A stretch of DNA of 63,777 nt, counting the filler, from Atractiella rhizophila (lineage: Eukaryota), in NCBI GenBank assembly GCA_021432655.1. It is 5 parts of 4 records of this genome, joined end to end, with 100 filler letters (N's around TTAATTAATTAA, not from the genome) between each part and the next. Parts side by side here need not be neighbours in the genome. Positions count along the whole stretch, not along the records: positions 1 to 26,672 come from MU271466.1; 4 more parts are not named here. One strand, 5' to 3'. The notes beneath the pieces are model-generated. The model saw only the letters and a list, made by a program, of their open reading frames with translations. It did no database searches and was not told the origin of the DNA. A program made the translations under genes and the position numbers. This document shows positions 11,831 to 23,731 of the stretch, one piece after another. The stretch's first letter is position 1. Each line of letters opens with the position of its first letter.

Positions 11831-12770
11831 ATTATTGACGGTTTGCAGGCATTTTTCAGCGTTTCCAGTAATCCCTTTAATATCTACCGTTCTTGTCCCT
11901 TGGTCCTGGACATGTATTATTGCAGTTGAAATTTCCAAATTTCACCTCTTCTTGCTTGTTGGTGTACAGTACGCGTCTGAACGTTGCAACACATTGGCTC
12001 ATGTTCACTCTCGTTCCTCAATCCGCAACAATTGTCAAGCCAATTAAGCGTGGCTGTGAATGAAATCCTCACACTCAACATGGCACATCAGATCCTTGGA
12101 TTGATCAGCGGGAAACAAGCCACATATTCAACGAAAGCGGACTTGCTTGTAAGGGCCGTTCAACTCGAAGCTGGCAGCCATCGTGGAAGAGAGTGAGAGG
12201 AAGGTATTACTGCCTGCATCTGTGCGTGATAATATAGGATTGGAGATGGATGAGCAAGGCGCGTATTCAAGCTATGGGGACGCAACGTGAGTTTCTTCTT
12301 CGTTCCATCATCGAACAGGGATTCCTGGATACCGTGTGGGCTCTTTTCTTAAACTCTTCTCCCGCTCAACAGCTAGTTTGGTAGACTGTTTGAGGGTGAT
12401 CCACATCCACATCTCCTTTCCAGCGCCTCAGTTATGCTGTCACGTCGCGCTTGAGAAGAAACTTTACGGAGTGATGTCGGAAGGACGTGCTGTCCTGATT
12501 AGAGAGAAGGGTGACTGTTACCTGTGCCTTGATGGCTCTTACCCCGCCTCAGCCATCAATCAGGAGCTATGTCATCAGTGACAGAATGGTAGCGACGTCG
12601 TCTGCTCTGCCGAGTAGACCAAACCAAGTAACTCTCAATAGACTATGCACCTTTTGCACGCCTTCAAGTGCTTGCCTCCCCCAGAAACATGAGAACATCC
12701 AGTTCACCAACATTACAGTGCCTCAGACCGCCCCGAACTAAACAAAAGCTACTCTTATGCGTCATACAAC

Positions 12771-14634
12771 ATGTCAAGCTCGCAAGAGTATCCACCCGAT
12801 CAACCTCGTCTTCGTTCATTCAACTTTCTCACACCGTCCTCGCACTCCTTACCACGGCGACCAAATGATCCAGCATATCTCCCTCCGTCCCTCCCTGGCA
12901 GGAGAAGTAGTTACGATGCCATTTTTCGAATGGGGTATGTTGTCCTGCCCCCACTGTATAGGAAGCTAAAGAAGCGACAGGGTCTTTATCGTCCTTCCCG
13001 TCGTCTTAGCGGGGGCACATCACGCCATATACGCCTCCAAAAATGGCAAAGTTCCAGGTGACGAAAGCTTCACATTGGCAGGGCACGAAGTCGACGATCA
13101 AGCTCGGTTCATCTTCGTTGGCACCCTTCTCGTCTTCGTTGCCAAGAGCTGCTTGATCCTTTCCATCCTCACAGCTTTTGACCAAATCCTATGGCGCACC
13201 GTCCGCCGATCTCGATTACGACTTCAATCCCTTGATGCTTTGTTCAGCGTCCCCAACGATCCCTTCGCTTTCTTTACGGCAGAGCTGTGGACCAGAGCTA
13301 AACTCGCCATCGTCGTTGCCCTCATCGCTTGGCTGCTCCCGATCTCTCTCCTCGTTGTTCCCGGAACGTTGTCCGTCGTATCTGCACCAGACACCACAAA
13401 CAGTACCGCCGTGGTTCCGACCGTTGATGTCGCTGATCAGGACTTATACTTAGCTCTCGCAACTCTGAATCCATTGAGTGCGTGCTGTAATATGTCTTGT
13501 TCTTTCACCATTCTGATTAGAACACAGGAGCGTATGTGTCCCCGGCACCACTTTCCTCTACCATCGCCGCTAGGACGCTCACCAGCGGTGGGATCTCCCT
13601 TCCTCCCTCACCATGTGGGGCAGATTGCTCCTACAGCCTCAACTTCACAGGACCTTCGTTCTCGTGCTCTGCCCCCAGTCCGTCAGCCGAAATTTCGAAC
13701 CAAAGCACTTTACGGTATCGAGGCTCTCAGACGATTGACGAATTGCAAGACGTCTTCACCGTAGCCTGGCTTGATGACTTAGAGAGCCGGACCGGATTAA
13801 GCACGAATTGTACGGTGTGGATGAGCGATTACGACGTGTCACTAGCGTGGAAGAACGGCAGTGCTTTCGTTACAGTCGACAACGTTCACAAAACCCTCAC
13901 TTTTGGGACTGCTGATCCTTTGACGAACTGGGGAGCATCTGAAGTAGGCGGCGTTGGTGCTGGGAATCCCCGAGGTTCGTTTCCCTGCCCTTCATCATGT
14001 GTTTTGGTTAAACGATGCTTGTAACACTGCAGGTCTCGCTGTCATGGCGGCCCTGAAGGATGCGCTCACAGCTTTGCTGAACGGAACCATCATCTACTCT
14101 AGCCAAACTGGTATCACCACCGTTGGACAAACACTAGCCCTCTTCTCCACCCTTCCATCTTTAGATCCCACGTCGACGACGAATGGTAACGGTGCTTTGC
14201 TCGCCTTCTCAGACGTTCCAAACAAACTCGAATCTCTCCTCATCAACACTACACTCTCCATAATGGCGTATCCCTTATACAATGCTTCAGTTCCGCTCAG
14301 CATATCAAACGCACGCTCTGTGTACTCATATGATGCAAAGGCTTTGTGGGCAGGTTACGGAGCTGCGCTGGGAGTCACAGCTGTTGTAGCGTTGATTGGC
14401 TTGCGGGCAGTGAGGGAAAATGGCGGATCAGGAAATCGCAGCTTCACCATTCTAGCTGCAACGACAAGGAACGCAGAACTTGACGCAGTCTTTCAGCCCA
14501 AAGACGAGGGAGAGAAGCATGTGTCTTTGAGCGGCACTAATGAAGCGGCAACGAGGTTGAGGTATCGGGAAGTGGAAAGAGTAAACAGAGGCTTCGAGGA
14601 AGGAGAACTTGTAAAGTGGGCATTTGGGACCTGA
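12771..14634 (+). CDS. Multi-pass membrane protein of a widespread fungal family (often labelled 'formylmethionine deformylase-like')
   Basis: Spliced product has GAHHAIYASKNG, GTLLVFVAK, QILWRTVRR..LDALFS, PGTLSV, CGADCSYSLNFTGPSFSC, LESLLINTTLS, YSYDAKALWAGYG and SFTILAATTRN. Introns at ~12935-12980, ~13479-13528 and ~13974-14032. Confidence 0.75.
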
Positions 14635-14870
14635 TTATGCTAAAAGTTACGCCTCAATGTGGACTACATATTCACGATACTTCTCCCATCCAATCTTCTA
14701 GTTAGCACCCGTGAGCACGTACCCAGAATGTTAGCGTCGCCGTAACTGTATTGTCACCTTGTAAACTCGATTAATTTCTGCTCGTCCGTGCAAACTCAAG
14801 CACTCTGAGTCTGCTTCAAGTTTACCACTCCGTTCATCAAATCCACTTCAGCCGCATCAGCGCTTCAGCG

Positions 14871-16025
14871 ATGTCTAAAAGAGTAAAGGTCTCTGTAATC
14901 CAGGCTTGCACGGAACGATATTCCATCTCGCAGACACTGGAGAAGCTCTCTCGTTTCGTTCAAGAAGCTGCAACTTCAGGATCGAGTCTCTGCGTGTTCC
15001 CTGAGGCGTTAATCGGGTGCTTACCCTCTCTCCTTTGTTTCCTAATTCGTGTTTGACTTGTGGGATCTGCAGGGGCTACCCTAAATATGCTACCTTTGGA
15101 ACATCCGTTGGAACGCGTACTAAAGAAGGGAGGGACGAGTTTCTCGCTTATTATAAAAGCTCAATCGCCGTTGCGAAAGACGATGCCACAATTCAAGCAT
15201 TGGAGAATATAGCACGAGAGAACAACGTCTTCCTGATTGGGGGTGTCATAGAAAGGGATGGAGGCACTCTTTATTGCACTGCCGTCTTCATTGACGAGAA
15301 GAAGGGTCTCGTGGGGAAGCACCGGAAGTGAGTGAAGTTAGTCAACGTTCTCACTTCTCCAAGTTGACAAGAGGTGCTTTTAGGTTGATGCCGACTGCGA
15401 GTGAACGACTAATATGGGGACAAGGAGGTAAAGACACCCTGCAAGCCGTTAGCAAGCAGTTCTCCGATCATATTCCATCAGAACCCACGTCGCTCGCAGC
15501 GGCCATCTGCTGGTAGGCTGCTCGGCAGACACACGTAATGAGACTGACAAACTTTCAAAGGGAGAACTTCATGCCACTTCTACGCTATCATTACTATAGT
15601 CAAAATATCCAGATCTACGCGGCACCAACGGTCGATCAGAGGCCAACCTGGCTGCCCCTCATGCAAACAATCGCACAAGAAGGACGATGTTTCGTCCTCT
15701 CAGCTTGCCAGTTCGGCCTACGTTCTCAATGGGACACCTCCTCTATCTCAATGGCTTCCGCTGGGAGCAATGACGACCAGGTCATTGAAGGGGGGAGTTG
15801 CATTATATCGCCGCTGGGAGAGGTCTTGGCTGGTCCGTTAAGGGGGACAGAAGGGGTATTGACTGTGGAGGTGGATCTGGAAGACTGCATCAGGGGTAAG
15901 TACGACTTTGACGTGTACGTTGTTTCCTTTTGTTCCTATTCCGATTGACGTTCATCGATTGTTGTTGTTGCAGAACCGGGCATTATGCTAGGCCAGACAT
16001 TTTTGAGCTCAAGGCAAAGTTGTAG
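14871..16025 (+). CDS. Nitrilase (carbon-nitrogen hydrolase), multi-exon
   Basis: E-K-C triad motifs VFPEA, HRKLMPT and ICWENFMPL, plus GGSCIISPLG and GHYARPDIF. The C-terminus is -AKL* (PTS1-like). Confidence 0.93.
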
Positions 16026-16124
16026 TATTCGTATATGCACGCAATAATTCGTTTTCAGTTCCCATGCCTTATAGAGCATTCCCTCTCGGACTAGCTTCTC
16101 AACGGCCGCCCAAAGAGAATAAAA

Positions 16125-17975
16125 TCACCAACAGATCCTAGCCAACGTTCTCGCTCCTTCTTCAATGTCGTACCACGAGACTTCTCCAATTTTGAACACA
16201 CCCATCATTCTTCCATCTCCGACCGCGAGGTCATTAATGGAATAGTTCCTGCCTTTAAATTTCTGGTTCTGCAGTTGTTCTCCTACTTGACGGAACAACT
16301 CCGCTTGGTTTCTTTCCATGTCACCCCACAAGTTCTCCGTCGCAATCATCAGCTCTCCGTTGCGATTTAAGATATATTCGATGATCGAAGAGGGGAGAAC
16401 AGGACCGCAAGCGTATAGGAAAACGGCTCGAAGGGAAGGCTGAAATAACGAGGAGAGGAGGTGTGGGGATACCAAGTTGCTGTTTTCATGTCCTGTTTGA
16501 CGTTATCATCAATGGTCCTGGTTCGACTTAGATACTAGGATCCTACCGCCATCAAGGTATAACCATCTGAGGTGACTTTCACCCCGTCATCATTAGCTTC
16601 ATGTACTCAGTAAACAGATTCCATACCTGCACGCGACGATTGTCTCATCCATAGGAGTCTCAAAAGTCATGCCGGTCCAAGGAAGGATGTCGTCCTCATT
16701 TGGACTTGTAGGGTAAAAGTCCAGCCTCAGAGTCGTAATGACGTTGCTGTGCCTAAAGATCTCCTGCTGGACATGCGAATCGGGTTCAAAGCCCTCACAA
16801 CGCCAAATGTGCTCCGGATGTTCTTTCTCTAGATGTGTATTGTACAAAGAGGATATAATACCAAGAACGGCGGGGGTCAAACCTCGACAATAACTGACGA
16901 TCAGAGTTTCCAAACTTCCTGAAATTTCGTATTCTCCGGGTTGCATGATACTAAGGGATGGGCTGCGAAAATCCAAGCCAGACATCATGAGCCATCGGAG
17001 CGACCTTACGAGAGGGGATGACGGCTTGAAGAGCAAGATGACGTCGTCAAACGTCCATCTCATGTGCTTATGATTCGGTCCTTGCAAGATAGAGAGGTGG
17101 GTAATGCTTCGGGCGGAAGCCAAAGACTTCAGAATAGCCTTTCGCCTGATTAAGCTGTCTGGAGGTGAAATCTCAAGGTGCAGGGAAACAAGATTGGTAG
17201 CTGCCGTCCACAAGCGCATCGAAGTGCCCCAACGGGAAACACCATGAGGAAATTCTCTCTGCTTCAGGTGTAACTTCCTTATCCAAGGCAAAAAGTCTTC
17301 TCCATATTTCTTAACGACCTTGAGAACGTTGATTTTCTTGTCGCTTCGCAAATTCTCGTTTTCGTCGGTGCGACCACCAATCTCTCTAAAGAGCTCTGAA
17401 AGGCCAATCATAGCGAACCGTTTGCAAACTAGACGAAATCGTTGAATAGTGAAGAAGTTTTCTTCGTCATCGAGATTAACAGATGTCAAAGCTGAGCGCA
17501 GCGACATGGAGATGAGCTCGTTTGGGAGTAGCTGAAAAGGTGTTCCGACCCATTTGTAGAAAATGTGCAAGTTCAGACAAAACGCATTCGCTAAAGTTGA
17601 TTCCTCAGTCTCCATTCGAAACTTTTTCTCTTCCGCTAAGGGGAGCTGGGAAATTGACAATTGAGGGCCAATGGGCTCTGGACTATACGAAAGGGAGAAA
17701 AAGGCTTCCTGTGTCGTTGTAAGAAGGAGGTTAATAGAGATAGACACGTTTGATAATAGTGGCAGTTCCAACAGGTAAGACAACTTATTAGCAGTTGGGG
17801 AATCTGTTGCACAAACACTCATCCGTTTTACAACGGAAAGGGCGAATTCGTGACGCTTTAGGCTATTCCGAACCTCTTTGCTGAAAGAAGCGGCGACGGC
17901 AATCCCATCTTCAGTGGTTGACTGCTTCCAGGTAAGTTCTGCCAGCAACGTGCGAGAAATGGGATCAACAATCAT
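16125..17975 (-). CDS. F-box-like / leucine-rich-repeat-like hypothetical protein (start uncertain; alternative ATG at 17615)
   Basis: LLPNELI...RLVCKRF...LFREI F-box-like pattern followed by LxxLxL segments (LVSLHL, ITHLSI, LETLIV). Short introns near 16480-16630. Confidence 0.6.
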
Positions 17976-18307
17976 AATCAGCGACGAAGTAGTCGAACTA
18001 GTGTCCCAAGAATTGGTTCAAATATTGCGGAGAGTCGTTGAACTTGTTGCACCTCATGAATAAGATGAATAATCAGCGAAACATGGACATCTATTAGACG
18101 GAAGCAAAATAATATTATTCTGATTTTCAAATTGGGTATCTCCGATCAGCGTCCGCGTCACTTTTGCGCTTGACGTCCAACGCAGCCCTCCTCTTTCGAT
18201 AAAAATCTTTTGTCATTCTTGCGTGTTACCCAACGTTTTCCTTTGCAGTTTCTTAACGCTAGCCACCACAAAATCGGCTGTTCTTCCAGTTACAGCCTTT
18301 AATCGGC

Positions 18308-21300
18308 ATGCGGCCAACGAGGGTGCTCACGATGTTGGGAGGAATGGGAGTCGGCGTCGTGGGCTTGGGTGTGAAGGAGAGGAAGTTTTCGCTACCTGTC
18401 ATAACTCCTGGATCGTTGAAGGAGAAAAGGAAGGAGCGGCCTTGGGATCTGAAAAAGAGGCAAGGTCCTGGAGATCCTACTGGAGGCGATTCTACAGGTG
18501 CGTCTAATATTCTTTGATCATTTTCAGCATGGGAATTGTCTCTTTTGTGGCCTTATTCGCCTCGTTTCTAACCCTTCTGATTTTTCAAGAACCGTCCTTA
18601 TTTAGGCTCACGTTGGGGAGGGATTCTCGGGGTTTGTAACCTGATCTAACATTATTTTGAGGCTTTGACCTCGTTTGGGCACGCAAAGTTGAGTTGCGTT
18701 CGCATTCCCTGACCATCGAATGAAGAGGGAACAGATGGTCACAGCACATAACACACCTGGGCATATTATTTCTTATCCGTGGTATTTGGTATTGCGGCCT
18801 CTAGCTTTTGCTACCGTTTTCCATCCTTGTGACTTGAGTGCTAGAGCAAGGGTTAACGCCTGAATAACATTTGCCGCGAACCCCTCACTCTGGACTCTCA
18901 CACCCACTGCTTTTGTCTCCGCTCTCCTCAATCACTACACTTGTCATCCCAAATCTCGGAAAAATACCCAATTGTTACGGAGTTCCATGATGCTTAGAAC
19001 GTGGGCCACCCCCTGGCGCCGATATTGTCCTTGGCCTTGACACGTTGTCTTGTTCCAGTTGGGCTTCTCGTGATGATTCTTTGGAGCCTAATATCCCTTG
19101 CTGTTGCTGTTCTTGTTGGGGTCATTCATCTTGGTGAATGATGGGATCTGCCTGGAATATGTGTCGTGCTTTTCTCCCTATGAAGTGCCTCTCGGCCAAC
19201 GCAGAGCCTTAGCAATGGGTAGTTGTCGCATCCAGACCATTTTGGCATGTTCCCAGCCCCTCAAGTATTTGATCTCATCCTTGCTATTGGTTCCATCACT
19301 GACCAGGAACCTCTTCTCCATCCACATCTACGTCGAATCCACAAAATTCTCCCGATGGCGGACCAACCTCCTCGGTCGATGACCCTTCGTCCACCACATC
19401 AACATCAACCACGGACACTTCAACTTCTACATCCTCGCCCCCACCTGATGGCACCACTTCTGTTTCTACGCCTCGTACGCCAACCACGACTACGACTACG
19501 ACTACGACTACCTCTGATAACATTCCTTCCACTACTACTCGGACGCCTTCCACGACTACAACTGGTGAACCTCCACCTTCCGAAACTGGTATGTCTTCCA
19601 TCCCTCAACCCCTTCTTCCCCTTGTGTACCCGAAGGTTCAACAACTGGCTCTTCCTCTGGAGAAACAGAACCGACGACAGGTACTCACTCCTTTCTTGCT
19701 TTTTTCTTTACGTGCCCCTTTTCCCCTTGTTATAGAAACAGCTACTGAAGATACCTCCTCCTCCTCTTCCACCACCTCTACCACCTCGTCTTCCACAACT
19801 ACCTCTGATGATACGACTTCAACGACTTCAACGCCCCCTACAACGACCACAGACACAACCACTTCAACGACATCCACGACGACTACAGGCGATCCCACAG
19901 GTACAACCACTACCTCAACCACCAGCTCCACAACCACCTCTTCTAATACCTCCACAACTACCAGCTCAGATACAACGACTGGGACGACTGGGACGGGAGG
20001 CACAACGACTGGAGATTCAACCACCACCAGCACTTCAGAAACGCGGACTACGAGCGAGACCACGACGACAACTCGGCCTAGCACCACAAGCTGGGAGACC
20101 ACGTCGATGACTGTCGTGCCCACAGTGTTCGTCCGCTTATCAGGATACCTGTATTACCCTCTTTAACAGCATTCTAGTTCTGAATCCAGATCTGAATACG
20201 TGACCACTTCCAACAACCAGCAATTGACCCAGACCACCGTTGTGCAAATAACCCTTAGTCGAACTGTTGCTACCGTCCAAGTCGTGACCGGAACGAACCC
20301 GCCATCTCTGAACGAGCAGAACGGAGGTGGCCATGGCTTCTTCGACAACACGGGAGCCGTTGTGGGCGTCTTCGTAGTCGTAGGCTTGGCGGCAGCGGCC
20401 ATTCTGCTCGGCTTTGCCTTCTACTACGTTAAGAAAAAGAAGGCGAGAGAATTGACGGAAGATCTTCGGGTTGCTGCAGGAGGAGCTGGAGCTGGAGGGG
20501 CTGGTATGCCGACTTTCCAAAAAAATAATATCAAGACTAATTATGAAACTCAGGCGAGAATCGCTTCGGCGAGGACGATGACGAGGAGCTGTACGATCAT
20601 GGACGTCACGACCAAGAGGTCATGAAGGAGTATAATCCCCACACCTACGGCAGTAACATTTACGCTCCAGTCCACGCAGGTGCAGTCGGAGTCGCCCAAG
20701 ATCCATCACACCATTCTCGCACAGGTTCGATGGGTTCTAGCAACGGCGGCGTCCCAGGCCCGATGGCGTTTGGAGCATACGGAGCTTACCAGGCCAGACC
20801 GTCATCCGAAGCTTGGAGAGCGTCTGGTAGCTCGAGTAACTACGACTACGGCTACCATCCACCAAGTTCTAGCGGTCATGGAAGTGGTGGCGCGGGGGGA
20901 TTGGCCTATGGATTGCAAGGCACGGGACCGACAGGAATGAACGAGGAGATGCTACACAACTACTACTCAGCTGGTCCATCCGCCTACGCCCGTGGTGGTC
21001 AGCAAGAGAGTGGAAGCGGGAGCGATGAGAGCCCTCCTAGGAATACGGCCAGCACTGATCTTCTGCATCGTACGTTGAACTTGTCATTGCCAGACCCGGC
21101 TTTTCAAATTCTTCAAACAGGACATCGGTACGACTCAGAGCCAGGATCTCCTCCGCCAACTAGAGCAGATTCTAGGCAATCCGGTGCTTTGCTGAATATG
21201 CAGAACGATAACCACAGTGACGGCAGCTTGAAGGACCAAGAGGAGCCTCGAAAAGTTCTTCGGTGTGTTTCTTCCTCATTTTTTTTACCTGACTAAAACC

Positions 21301-21324
21301 GTTCTCAGCGTCGCGAACGAATAA
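18308..21324 (+). CDS. Ser/Thr-rich single-pass cell-surface protein (Mid2/Wsc-like sensor), multi-exon
   Basis: Exon 1 (18308-18497) joins in frame (G|GA) to the exon at 19307. Long Thr/Ser tract, GFFDNTGAVVGVFVVVGL TM segment, basic stop-transfer signal, cytoplasmic tail ending SLKD..RKVLRVANE*. Confidence 0.8.
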
Positions 21325-21735
21325 CATTCGAGTTAAGATAGTTAAACAGCATCGCTTTGAGTACTGATATCCTTCGGCGGATTGTCGCTATGTTTATTCC
21401 CAATCGGCTCTTGTCTCTATATCATCTTTCTAACCGTTTTTAACACCCTGTCTGCTTTGTGGACTTTTGATCTGTTCATCTTCTTTCTTTGATCTTCAGT
21501 TTCTAGTTCATACTTTCGCGTGCAAGCTTTTTTATCGTCGGAACAACGAACATTTCGCTTTCCGGATTTTGTTTACTACTGTGCACCATGCTACCAAAGG
21601 GATAAGCGTTGCCACACTACGTTAAATCGCAAAAACGTCGAGTAAGGATACATCGTCAAGAAACTGAATACCACATGCAACCAAAGCACTTAATCTTGTT
21701 TCATCCCTGCCCTTCACCTTATGAGTCAATCACGG

Positions 21736-23731
21736 TCACAACTTGCTCCTTCCCTTCTTCCTCTCAGCTTCCACTTCCTTGTCAACGCCTTCTGAAATCC
21801 AGAAGTCGGGCAAGAGCTCCTCCAACGGCGTCTCCTTGTCCAAAGAATAGTCCTTGATCATGTTCTCGGTATATCCAATCTCTCGCCTCAGGAAAAGCTC
21901 GTCGATCTCAAAATGACCTAAACCATTACAAGCCAGTCAACTTTGGGCGTCGAAGCATCGAAATAACGCACCCGTATATGATTTGCCATCTCGTTTCAGC
22001 ATTTCAAAAGCGGCGTCCGCCATAATGTTCGCATCCCTGTCGGCGTTATTTCGATGATTAACGAACTGTCCGCCATAGCCAGAAGATAAAGACACTCACC
22101 TGGAGCGTCGTTTCGCTTCGTTAGAACCAGTGCCTGGAATATTGTTGGTTGCGGAGGTATCTATGATGGTATATGGCCAAAGACAGTTGACTCCAACTTC
22201 TCCCGCCAGCTCGCCTTGATAGGGATTATTGAGTGTTTCTCTTGAGAAGAAGGAAACACACCTGAATGTCCTAAAGAAAGGATGGACATTGCGAATTTAC
22301 CAAGCGCGTATGCAGTGCGACCTTCAAAGTTCTCCTTTACAATTGTGTCCTTGAGCGGCGGCGCGAACGAGAGTATATGTGGATTTCTTCCTCTTTCATT
22401 GGATTTTCTCAAGTGCGGGATAGCAAATTTGGTTGCCAGCCAGGTTCCCCGGGTGTTAATGGCATTGATGAGGTCAAATTGCTTGACGGACAAAGACTCA
22501 GTTGGGGTAAGAGATATGGCGGACGCATTATTGATTAGGATGTCGAGGCCGCCGAAATGAGATACCGTCTTCTCAATTGCCTAGGTACTTCTCGTTTAGC
22601 TTCGAGACTACAGAAGTGGATAACGACAGACTTCTTCCACTTGTTTTTCATTGCGTAAGTATATGATTTGCCATCTCGTTTCAGCATTTCAAAAGCGGCG
22701 TCCGCCATAATGTTCGCATCCCTGTCGGCGTTATTTCGATGATTAACGAACTGTCCGCCATAGCCAGAAGATAAAGACACTCACCTGGAGCGTCGTTTCG
22801 CTTCGTTAGAACCAGTGCCTGGAATATTGTTGGTTGCGGAGGTATCTATGATGGTATATGGCCAAAGACAGTTGACTCCAACTTCTCCCGCCAGCTCGCC
22901 TTGATAGGGATTACTGAGTGTTTCTCTCGAGAAGAAGGAAACACACCTGAATGTCCTAAAGAAAGGATGGACATTGCGAATTTACCAAGCGCGTATGCAG
23001 TGCGACCCTCAAAGTTCTCCTTTACAATTGTGTCCTTGAGCGGCGGCGCGAATGAGAGTATATGTGGATTTCTTCCTCTTTCATTGGATTTTCTCAAGTG
23101 CGGGATAGCAAATTTGGTTGCCAGCCAGGTTCCGCGGGTGTTAATGGCATTGATGAGGTCAAATTGCTTTACGGACAAAGACTCGGTTGGGGTAAGAGAT
23201 ATGGCGGATGCATTATTGATTAGGATGTCGAGGCCGCCGAAATGAGACACCGTCTTCTCAATTGCCTAGGTACTTCTCGTTTAGCTTCTAGACTACAGAA
23301 GTGGATAAACGACAGACTTCTTCCACTTGTTTTTCATTGCGTATGTCGACCTCGATGGGAAGTGCTTTGCCTCCCGCCTGCTCGATCTCCTTCGCAGCGG
23401 TGAATATCGTTCCGGGGAGCTTTAGAAATCATGAGCAATTGGATACAGTATTCAGGGATGGTGGACACCAACCTTGGGGTGAGGGGTCACACTGTTGACG
23501 AAGTGGTCAATTGTTGATAGAATAAGCAGGAGAACACTGACGTCTTGGCTGCAATAGTGATATTCGCTCCTTCTCGCGCCAACCTAAGCGCAACAGCAAG
23601 GCCTATGCCTCTACTTCCACCAGACCTGGTTTGCGAGGATTGAGCTGGTGCAATGTCTAGAAAAGAGGTTGCACAAACACAAAGACGGTCTTTCCAGCAA
23701 ACATCCCAGATTTTTTCGTTCCTTCCACCAT
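21736..23731 (-). CDS. Short-chain dehydrogenase, HSDL2-like, with peroxisomal C-terminus (-SKL); interrupted by a 685-nt internal duplication
   Basis: SGGSRGIG, GANITIAAKT, HPKLPGTIFTAA, GGLDILINNASAI, INTRGT, AYALGKFAMS and IMADAA motifs. Terminal exon ends KGRSKL*. Confidence 0.88.
21974..23343. repeat. Direct tandem duplication, unit about 685 nt, about 98% identical
   Basis: Segment ~21974-22656 recurs at ~22659-23343 with about 11 differences, including a 1-nt indel (gataacg/gataaacg). Confidence 0.95.

Noticed and set aside
19400..20120. ACG/ACT/ACC-rich low-complexity repeats and Val-rich antisense ORFs
   Set aside because: Explained by the Thr/Ser-rich ectodomain of the Mid2-like protein.
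4313..21324. Kha1, Opy2-like and Mid2-like genes as a stress-sensing cluster
   Set aside because: They are interspersed with unrelated genes, and chance proximity is sufficient.
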